A stretch of DNA of 6,174 nt from a virus. Below, piece after piece: positions 1 to 5,519 of the stretch. A program made the position numbers and the translations under genes. How positions within the stretch are numbered: position 1 is the stretch's first letter; each line of letters starts with the position of its first letter. The DNA lies in IMG/VR virus record IMGVR_UViG_3300020030_000001, positions 1 through 6,174 of that record. One strand, written 5' to 3'. Under the pieces are notes generated by a model that was not told the DNA's origin, ran no database searches, and saw only the letters and a list, made by a program, of their open reading frames with translations.

Positions 1-121
1 CTACCTGTGGTAGTTTACCTCATTTCCGAGTTGATTTTTTTGACAATACTCTTGTTCTCATGTTTGATTTTAATCTCGATTCTGATGAAAGCACGCCGAA
101 AGAAGAAAGGAAGAGGAGCTA
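1..121. repeat. Terminal redundancy, copy 1 (identical to 6054-6174); circular-contig overlap
   Basis: Base-by-base comparison by eye: 1-121 (ctacctgtggtagtttacc...aggaagaggagcta) equals 6054-6174 with no mismatch. The repeat begins exactly at the window start and ends exactly at the window end. Confidence 0.95.
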
Positions 122-122
122 A
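3..122 (+). CDS. 3' end (duplicate copy) of the junction-spanning 107-aa ORF that starts at 5852; stop TAA at 120-122
   Basis: The reading frame from ATG 5852 continues through the repeat. Position 6056 corresponds to position 3, and the frame ends at TAA 120-122. Third codon positions are pyrimidine-rich, as in the other genes. Confidence 0.55.
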   Translation, partial: TCGSLPHFRVDFFDNTLVLMFDFNLDSDESTPKEERKRS

Positions 123-167
123 GATTGTAACCCGCCCTCTTGGTGGAAGAGTTTTATAACCGTGAAG

Positions 168-195
168 CTCCCGGGGGGTTTTTCTCCCCTGGGAG
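168..195 (+). other. GC-rich stem-loop (10 bp including one G:T); possible weak terminator or ssDNA hairpin
   Basis: CTCCCGGGGG (168-177) pairs with CCCCTGGGAG (186-195), loop GTTTTTCT. It lies 45 nt after the TAA of the junction ORF and is followed only by TTT, so it is not a canonical intrinsic terminator. Confidence 0.45.
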
Positions 196-212
196 TTTCC
201 GCTCGTAGACTC

Positions 213-228
213 ACCGGATTTATCCGGT
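213..228 (+). other. Perfect 6-bp hairpin ACCGGA-TTTA-TCCGGT
   Basis: Direct inspection: 213-218 is the reverse complement of 223-228, with a 4-nt loop. Confidence 0.5.
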
Positions 229-257
229 ATATACATCATGTGAAGTGGAGCCATGGA

Positions 258-298
258 GCTCGAAGACGCGGAGCGTCCCGGCCGTTAGGCCGTCGAGC
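258..298 (+). other. Predicted three-way junction (16 bp in 41 nt)
   Basis: Outer stem GCTCGA (258-263) / TCGAGC (293-298). Arm A is GACGC (265-269) - GGA - GCGTC (273-277). Arm B is CGGCC (279-283) - GTTA - GGCCG (288-292). Single-nt linkers sit at A264 and C278. Confidence 0.5.
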
Positions 299-305
299 GG
301 CGTAA

Positions 306-347
306 CGAAACAGTTTTCGCGCTCGAAAGTACCGCCTTTCGAAGCGC
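306..347 (+). other. Tandem / alternative hairpins built from alternating CGAAA and TTTCG units
   Basis: CGAAA (306-310) / TTTCG (315-319). GCGCTCGAAAG (319-329) pairs with CTTTCG-A-AGCGC (336-347), giving 11 bp with a bulged A342 and loop TACCGC. TTTCG 315-319 could pair instead with CGAAA 324-328, a mutually exclusive fold. Confidence 0.5.
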
Positions 348-366
348 AAAGTATTATTTTACGATT

Positions 367-567
367 ATGGATAAGTTTGATTTTCGCCCCTGTTTTTCTC
401 CCGTGATCGACAGTATTCCTTACCGTTTTTCTGTTGCAGCATATCGCGGTAAGAAGCGAGTTGTTATCGCCTGGTTTTCCGATGAAGAACCCGCCAATGA
501 TTACCTCATTCGCTGTCGTCTCGATTATCCCGCTATTAAGTTTGATTGTCTTAGAAGCTTCCTGTAA
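367..567 (+). CDS. Hypothetical 66-aa protein, translationally coupled to Rep
   Basis: ATG-initiated ORF. Its stop TAA (565-567) overlaps the Rep ATG (567-569) as TAATG. By hand count 52 of 66 third codon positions are pyrimidines (about 79%), matching the clear genes. I recognise no motif. Confidence 0.62.
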   Translation: MDKFDFRPCFSPVIDSIPYRFSVAAYRGKKRVVIAWFSDEEPANDYLIRCRLDYPAIKFDCLRSFL

Positions 568-1637
568 TGCCTTGTTCGTCGCCTATATGGATACGTAATC
601 GTCGCTATTTCGATAAGAAGAATCCCTGTCGTGATGGCTCAGACGTCGCAAAGTCCGCTCTGGCTCTCCGCCCCTGGGACATCGCCCGTCAGTGGCTCAT
701 GGTCCCCTGCGGAAAATGCGAAGATTGTTTGCGTCGTCAGCGTAATGATTGGTTCGTTCGGCTCGAACGCGAGCTTGCCCATTGTAAAGCTAATAGTCAG
801 CAGGCTATTTTTATTACAATAACGATTGCTCCGAAGTATTACGACAAAGCTTTGCTTGACCCTTCTTGGTTCATTCGCCGATTCAATGAACGTCTGCGCC
901 ATAAGCTAGGCCATTCGTTTAAACATGCTTTTTTTCAGGAGTTTGGGACTCACCCAGAAACAGGAAATGAACCTCGATTGCATTTTCATGGCTTTTTGTT
1001 TGGCACTAACGTTCTGTACAATACGATTCGTTCTGCTGTTCGAGACCTTGGTTTTGTCTGGCTAGCGAAAGCGACTCATAAGCGTGCTCGTTACTGCGTT
1101 AAGTATGTTACTAAACAGATTCAGTTTAATCCCGAAGAAGTTTCGGATAAATATGTTACCATAGATGGAAAAGTTACACCTTTATCTTGCCTCCTCCAAC
1201 ATCGCCGTTATACGCGAAAATTCGTATCTGCTGGCGTTGGTGATTTTCTTGGCTATATGCCTCACCCTTCTGTTCGTGTTTCGTCGTGGTCTTATTACGA
1301 TTTCGAGAAGCGTATCAATTATAATTACTCGATTCCTCGATACTATCTTAAATATCTCAAATCGGAAGACGAAGTTTGTCGTTCGATTACCGCTGCTGAT
1401 TCTTATGCACGTTTTAGCAAGTCTTCTCTGGTTCAGCGTGTTGTGTCTCTGTGTGTTGAGCGGTTCGCCCTCAATTCCTCCGTATCCCGTAGAGCGACGT
1501 ATACTTGGGAGCAGAAGCAAATGATGCGTTTTGCTGCGTCTTCTCGGGAGATGCCTGATTTTGACCCCCCTACTTGGCTAGACCTGGATATTCTTCAGTT
1601 TTGGAGAGATCATTATAAACTTCAACTAAACATTTAA
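567..1637 (+). CDS. VP4: Replication initiation protein (HUH rolling-circle endonuclease, Microviridae VP4 / phiX174 gpA-like)
   Basis: 356 aa. The N-terminal MPCSSP and VPCGKCEDCLRRQRNDW Cys cluster are typical of microvirus VP4. It has the motif IFITITI, the HUH motif LHFHGFLF (HFH = nt 981-989), and the double-tyrosine catalytic motif YCVKYVTK (nt 1092-1115), matching YxxKYxxK of phiX174 gpA. Confidence 0.93.
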   Translation: MPCSSPIWIRNRRYFDKKNPCRDGSDVAKSALALRPWDIARQWLMVPCGKCEDCLRRQRNDWFVRLERELAHCKANSQQAIFITITIAPKYYDKALLDPSWFIRRFNERLRHKLGHSFKHAFFQEFGTHPETGNEPRLHFHGFLFGTNVLYNTIRSAVRDLGFVWLAKATHKRARYCVKYVTKQIQFNPEEVSDKYVTIDGKVTPLSCLLQHRRYTRKFVSAGVGDFLGYMPHPSVRVSSWSYYDFEKRINYNYSIPRYYLKYLKSEDEVCRSITAADSYARFSKSSLVQRVVSLCVERFALNSSVSRRATYTWEQKQMMRFAASSREMPDFDPPTWLDLDILQFWRDHYKLQLNI

Positions 1638-1640
1638 TTT

Positions 1641-3446
1641 ATGGGAAAGCAACCTTTTATCTCACACGCTGTTAATGGCTACTCTCGCTACGATGTTCCC
1701 GAGAGTAAGGCCTTTACGTGCACGCCGGGTATTTTGTATCCTGTGCGAATCGATTTTATTAACGCTCGCGACCGCGTCTCTATCGAGCAAGGCATTGACG
1801 TTCGTAGCAATCCCTTGGCTGTCCCAACGTTTAATCCCTACACCATTCGTTTGCATCGTTTTTGGGTGCCATTGCAATTGTATCACCCTGAGATGAGAAC
1901 AAACAGCAGTAAGTTTGATATGAACGATTTGAGCTTGAATTGGGTGCCCGCTACGATTAATTCAGGGCCTATTATTGGCACGACGCAGGTTGCCCCTTCC
2001 AATTCTCTTTATGCTTGGCTTCGCTTTGCGAACAAGCGTATTATCGGCGACGGTATTTTGCCTTCTGTCCCCGCTGATGTTATGGCCCTGCCTTCTAACG
2101 CTGTTTCGGCTTCGTGGTATAACGCCGATCCCCTTTTAGCTTATTGGGACATCGTCCGAAATTACTATGGTTATTCGCAATGGAGCATTTTTTCTTACGC
2201 TTGGCCCGGCTCTTCGTCTTTTAAATATGACACCCAAACTAACTCGTATGCGGCTGTACTTGATTCTCCAGGCAGCTTCTTCTCGCAGTGTTTCGGAAAT
2301 CTTGAGTTCCTTGATGCTTACTACGAGAGTCAGTTTTATCCGAGTTCCGTGACTTCCTCTAATAACACGTTTAATCGGGGTAATATTTTTTTGCAGATTC
2401 TAAACAGTGATGTCCGGTTGAATTCTGGTAACCTTGGTGCTGCCGGTGACGGTTACCCAGTCGCCTCTATTACTACTCTGTTTTCTGGCGTTGTTCCCGA
2501 TGCATATGTCTCTTCGACTGAACCAACTGCTAGAGAGTCAGATATGCCGTTCTCCTCGTTGGCTGTGCAGTATTTCCCTATGGCCGTAGTTCCGTCAAAT
2601 CCTGACCGTTATAGTCGTGCTCTTCCTATTGGTGCTAATTCCGCTGTTTCGATGACTGGCATTCAGACGATCCCCCAGTTAGCCATTGCCTCTCGCCTTC
2701 AGGAGTACAAAGACCTCCTCGGTGCTGGCGGCAGTCGTTATTCCGATTGGCTGGAAACTTTCTTCGCATCGAAGATTGAACACGTTGATCGACCTAAGCT
2801 TTTGTTCAGCGCTTCGCAGACTGTTAACGTGCAGGTAGTTATGAATCAATCGGGCTTGAACAATTTTAGTGGTACCCAACCTCTCGGCCAACAGGGCGGC
2901 GCTATTGCGTTTAACGATAGATTAGGTCGACGACAATCTTATTATTTTCGCGAGCCCGGTTATATGATTGATATGTTGAGTATTCGTCCAGTTTATTATT
3001 GGGCAACGATTACACCTGATTACCTTTCATATCGCGGCGCCGATTATTTTAACCCAATCTACAATGATATTGGTTATCAGGACATTTCCACTGCTCGTGT
3101 TGCTAATCGTCCTCCGCAGGCAGATCGCGTTGCCGTTCAGGAGCCGTGTTTCAATGAATTTAGGGCTTCTTACGACGAAGTATTGGGCCAGTTGAGTAGT
3201 GTATTTGCTGCGGAAACTTCGCGGCCTCTTTACTCTTATTGGGTACAGCAGCGCAACGAGTCGTTGCTAACTCTTACTGCTGGAAACGATCGAGATTACT
3301 ATAGATTTTTGTATGTTGATATGTCGCAAGTTAATTCGCCGTTTTTTTCGAATTCGGAAGACAATTTCTTTATTAACCTTTCTTACGCAGTTCAGAGGAA
3401 GAGTTTGGTGAATAAAACTTTCGCTACTCGCTTGTCTAATCGTTAA
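1641..3446 (+). CDS. VP1: Major capsid protein (Microviridae VP1 / F-like)
   Basis: 601 aa, the largest ORF, starting 3 nt after Rep. The N-terminal segment ...FTCTPGILYPVRIDFINARDRVSI...RLHRFWVPLQLY resembles the conserved N-terminal strands of microvirus capsid proteins (recognised from memory, not aligned). Its size fits VP1 proteins with a large surface insertion. Confidence 0.88.
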   Translation: MGKQPFISHAVNGYSRYDVPESKAFTCTPGILYPVRIDFINARDRVSIEQGIDVRSNPLAVPTFNPYTIRLHRFWVPLQLYHPEMRTNSSKFDMNDLSLNWVPATINSGPIIGTTQVAPSNSLYAWLRFANKRIIGDGILPSVPADVMALPSNAVSASWYNADPLLAYWDIVRNYYGYSQWSIFSYAWPGSSSFKYDTQTNSYAAVLDSPGSFFSQCFGNLEFLDAYYESQFYPSSVTSSNNTFNRGNIFLQILNSDVRLNSGNLGAAGDGYPVASITTLFSGVVPDAYVSSTEPTARESDMPFSSLAVQYFPMAVVPSNPDRYSRALPIGANSAVSMTGIQTIPQLAIASRLQEYKDLLGAGGSRYSDWLETFFASKIEHVDRPKLLFSASQTVNVQVVMNQSGLNNFSGTQPLGQQGGAIAFNDRLGRRQSYYFREPGYMIDMLSIRPVYYWATITPDYLSYRGADYFNPIYNDIGYQDISTARVANRPPQADRVAVQEPCFNEFRASYDEVLGQLSSVFAAETSRPLYSYWVQQRNESLLTLTAGNDRDYYRFLYVDMSQVNSPFFSNSEDNFFINLSYAVQRKSLVNKTFATRLSNR

Positions 3447-3458
3447 TATACTGATTTT

Positions 3459-3755
3459 ATGGCACTTAATTGGTTACTCGAAGACACTCCCGCCTATATT
3501 TCCCGCGGGCAGCGCATTATGTCGGTTCTCGACGGTTCTGGTTCTGTCGATGTTCTTCCCGGTCGTCCCGATGTGACGGCCGATCCTTCTGATTTCGATA
3601 AGGGTGAGAAATTTAACCCTGAAATCGACTTCGACCCTAACTCTTTCTCTCGCATGGATAAGTTCGATGGCCTCGAGGTTGGCCAGGAACTCATTGATTC
3701 AGAGATAGATAGATCGAAGGCTGCTTCGAAACCCTCTAACCTTGAAGAAAAATAG
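3459..3755 (+). CDS. Acidic 98-aa protein; possible internal scaffolding (VP3-like) protein
   Basis: Strong pyrimidine bias at third codon positions. It is Asp/Glu-rich (DPSDFDKGEKFNPEIDFDPNSF...DSEIDRS) and lies directly after the capsid gene. The functional call rests only on position and charge. Confidence 0.6.
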   Translation: MALNWLLEDTPAYISRGQRIMSVLDGSGSVDVLPGRPDVTADPSDFDKGEKFNPEIDFDPNSFSRMDKFDGLEVGQELIDSEIDRSKAASKPSNLEEK

Positions 3756-3777
3756 TACCCTCTTTACTTGACGATAT

Positions 3778-3903
3778 ATGCTACGTGCGCGGACCCCTTT
3801 TGCAAGAGTCCGTGAATTGCTGAAGGTTATTGGTAACGATTGCAGGAGAGGCCGCGCATTTTTCTATCGTTCTTTAATTGTTTACACCATTGTGGCGAGG
3901 TGA
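3778..3903 (+). CDS. Candidate 41-aa arginine-rich protein (J / VP8-like DNA-binding protein?)
   Basis: ATG 3778 to TGA 3901-3903, 22 nt after the preceding stop. Translation is MLRARTPFARVRELLKVIGNDCRRGRAFFYRSLIVYTIVAR, with 10 basic and 2 acidic residues and a hydrophobic C-terminus. The third-position pyrimidine fraction is only about 59%, and the region is GC-rich and structured, so it may be non-coding. Confidence 0.35.
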   Translation: MLRARTPFARVRELLKVIGNDCRRGRAFFYRSLIVYTIVAR

Positions 3904-3911
3904 CGCATTTC

Positions 3912-3928
3912 GCGGTTCGGAGAACCGC
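3912..3928 (+). other. Perfect 7-bp hairpin with GGA triloop (GCGGTTC-GGA-GAACCGC)
   Basis: 3912-3918 is the reverse complement of 3922-3928. The loop and closing pair C-GGA-G are the same as in the hairpin at 265-277. It lies in the 77-nt gap upstream of the lipoprotein/VP2 genes. Confidence 0.55.
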
Positions 3929-3980
3929 CCCGAACGAAGTGAGGGTGCGGCACCGTAGCTTCCCTTAAATCTTTAATATC

Positions 3981-4172
3981 ATGTCAGACGTCAAACAACC
4001 GTTCTATAAATCAAAGGCTTTTTGGACGCTCGTTTCATCTATCGTTGCTGCGTTAGCTGCCTTTTTTCTTGCTTCTTGTTCGGCTCAAGCTAGGGTACAG
4101 CGTAGCGGCATTCATATTGACACTGTCCGCGTTGATTACATTATTCGTTCTAACAATTTAACTCGTATTTAG
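3981..4172 (+). CDS. Small predicted lipoprotein (63-aa precursor, about 31-aa mature peptide)
   Basis: It has a Lys-containing n-region (K5, K10, K12), a 19-residue hydrophobic core AFWTLVSSIVAALAAFFLA, and a lipobox L-A-S-C with Cys33 (TGT 4077-4079). By hand count 44 of 63 third positions are pyrimidines. Stop TAG 4170-4172 lies 1 nt before the VP2 ATG. Confidence 0.6.
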   Translation: MSDVKQPFYKSKAFWTLVSSIVAALAAFFLASCSAQARVQRSGIHIDTVRVDYIIRSNNLTRI

Positions 4173-4173
4173 T

Positions 4174-5439
4174 ATGCCTATTCCTGTTGCTACTGCCGCC
4201 GCCGCCTCATCTTTTGGTCAGGCTCTTGGACAGTCGGCTGCTTCTACCGGTACTACCGGCCTCATCTCTGGCGCTCTCGGCCAGCTTTTTGGCGGTATGA
4301 ACGCGCGTCGCCAATGGCGTTATCAGCAAAAACAAATGAAGCTTCAGCAGCAGTACGCCCTCGAGCAGATGCAGAAGCAGTCAGAACTTTCCTATGCTAA
4401 TTGGCAGAAGCAGTTTGATTACGAGAATGCCTACAATGACCCTACGAAGGTTTTCGACCGCTACTTGAAGGCTGGGGTCACCCCTGCAGCCGTTTTAGGC
4501 TCTTCGGGTGTCGGCGTTAATGCCACCATGTCCGGCGGCTCTGCCTCTATGCCCTCTGCCTCTGGTCCTTCCGGTGGTGCTCCCGTTGCCCCCGGTGGTT
4601 TTGCCGCTGCTGACCCTACTGCTATTGCGCAGAATATGGTTGCGCAGTCCACGGTTGCTCGTAACGATGCTGCTTCTAATCGTGACAACGCCGAGGCTGA
4701 TCTGCTTCGTGGAAATACACATACTATTGAATGGCGGAAGGACATCGACGAGTTGGATAAGCAGATTCGTACGCACAACGTCGACAACGCTGCTGCACTT
4801 GCTGATCTTAATCGTGCTCTTGCTAATATTCATATGGCCGACGCTGAATACGCAGATTTGATGGCTACTTATAAATTTCAAGATTTTGTTGCCCAATACA
4901 GTAAGCATGTCGAGGAAGCTGTTCAGATCAAGAAATTCAATTCAAAGTATTTTGATCAAATTTACGCCGCACAAATTGCTCGCGATTACGCTGCCGCCTA
5001 CTGTTCTGCCGCTACAGGCGACCTTGCGAAAGCCGAGTTCGATATAGCCGAAGTTCGTTTGTCCGATCTTCGTGAGTGGTTTCGCCTTAATTGGGAAGCT
5101 GAAATTGAGGTCCCTCAGGTTACTGAGTCAGGCAAGCCTACTGGTAAAACTGTTAAATTAACTGGCCGTCAGATACACGAACATCTTATGAGTATAGCCG
5201 CCGCCAACGCGTCGCAAGGCCTTTCTGCTCAATGGTTCTCCAATCGATCAGAGAAGAATGCTTTTGGTTATTCGATGGCCCGCACGGCTCTTGCCGGTGC
5301 TCTGGCTCTTTGCGGCATAGCGCTTACCAAAGGCGCATCTGCTCCTGCTGGCTACGATGAAATGCGAGATGTTTATGGCCCCTCCGGCGATCAAATTGGC
5401 GCCACGTACACTCGCCGCAGCTATTTTAGGGGAAATTGA
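4174..5439 (+). CDS. VP2: DNA pilot / minor capsid protein (Microviridae VP2 / H-like)
   Basis: 421 aa. The Ala/Gly-rich N-terminus carries glycine-zipper spacing (GLISGALGQLFGG), followed by a Gln-rich helical segment RRQWRYQQKQMKLQQQYALEQMQKQ. YLKAGVTPAAVLG resembles the AG-x-NP segment common in gokushovirus VP2. A G/S/A/P low-complexity linker spans aa 109-147 (nt 4498-4614). Confidence 0.78.
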   Translation: MPIPVATAAAASSFGQALGQSAASTGTTGLISGALGQLFGGMNARRQWRYQQKQMKLQQQYALEQMQKQSELSYANWQKQFDYENAYNDPTKVFDRYLKAGVTPAAVLGSSGVGVNATMSGGSASMPSASGPSGGAPVAPGGFAAADPTAIAQNMVAQSTVARNDAASNRDNAEADLLRGNTHTIEWRKDIDELDKQIRTHNVDNAAALADLNRALANIHMADAEYADLMATYKFQDFVAQYSKHVEEAVQIKKFNSKYFDQIYAAQIARDYAAAYCSAATGDLAKAEFDIAEVRLSDLREWFRLNWEAEIEVPQVTESGKPTGKTVKLTGRQIHEHLMSIAAANASQGLSAQWFSNRSEKNAFGYSMARTALAGALALCGIALTKGASAPAGYDEMRDVYGPSGDQIGATYTRRSYFRGN

Positions 5440-5462
5440 ACAATTTTTCCAACCTTTTGACC

Positions 5463-5493
5463 TTTGCGTTTGTTCTTTTTGGTTGTATCTTTG
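5463..5493 (+). promoter_or_regulatory. Bacteroidota-type promoter candidate (-33 TTTG / -7 TAnnTTTG)
   Basis: TTTG (5463-5466), a 19-nt spacer, then TATCTTTG (5486-5493), ending 26 nt upstream of ATG 5520. It sits in the 80-nt non-coding gap after VP2. The consensus and spacing are recalled from the Bacteroides promoter literature. Confidence 0.4.
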
Positions 5494-5519
5494 TGCTGTA
5501 AACCAATAACCTCAATACT

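Larger units (their letters stand above)
123..366 (+). promoter_or_regulatory. Large structured intergenic region; candidate complementary-strand origin / regulatory region upstream of the Rep operon
   Basis: 244 nt with no + strand ORF longer than 11 aa. My hand count gives 61% GC over 251-350, visibly higher than the rest of the genome. It contains at least five hairpins (listed separately). Confidence 0.55.

Noticed and set aside
40-45. Perfect sigma70 -35 hexamer TTGACA (and TTGACG at 3768-3773)
   Set aside because: No acceptable -10 hexamer lies at 16-18 nt spacing in either case, and the first one is inside a coding region.
211-250. Possible dif-like Xer recombination site (TGTATA core on the minus strand around 226-236), relevant because Bacteroidota microvirus prophages were proposed to integrate through dif-like sites
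   Set aside because: Only about 6 of 11 matches to each E. coli dif arm, and there is no inverted symmetry between the putative arms. The resemblance is too weak without the host dif sequence. It is worth re-testing once a host is known.
15-254. 79-aa minus-strand ORF
   Set aside because: It is antisense to the 3' end of the junction-spanning + strand gene and runs through the structured intergenic region. Microviridae express one strand only, and every well-supported gene here is on +. The junction ORF has the genome-typical codon bias.
367-381. 15-mer atggataagtttgat (367-381) recurs as atggataagttcgat (3654-3668), both encoding MDKFD; possible duplication or homology between ORF367 and the acidic ORF
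   Set aside because: One 14/15 match between two positions in 6 kb is expected roughly once by chance (my estimate is about 0.8). The similarity does not extend beyond the 15-mer at either the DNA or the protein level.
631-2352. Short nested + strand ORFs 631-822, 1675-1896 and 2167-2352
   Set aside because: They fall in the +1 register inside VP4/VP1, where stops are suppressed by pyrimidine-rich host third positions. They have no motifs and no room for independent start signals.
4508-4861. 117-aa Pro/Leu-rich, very hydrophobic + strand ORF nested in VP2
   Set aside because: It is in the same +1 register as all the other nested ORFs. It overlies the GCT/CCT/GGT-rich low-complexity part of VP2, so its composition (PLPLVLPVVLPLPP...) mirrors host-gene third positions. 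There is no independent evidence of coding.
5433-5462. Possible terminator hairpin after VP2 (GGAAATTG..CAATTTTTCC)
   Set aside because: The stem is AT-rich, interrupted by a TT bulge, and not followed by a clean T-tract. It is too weak to call.
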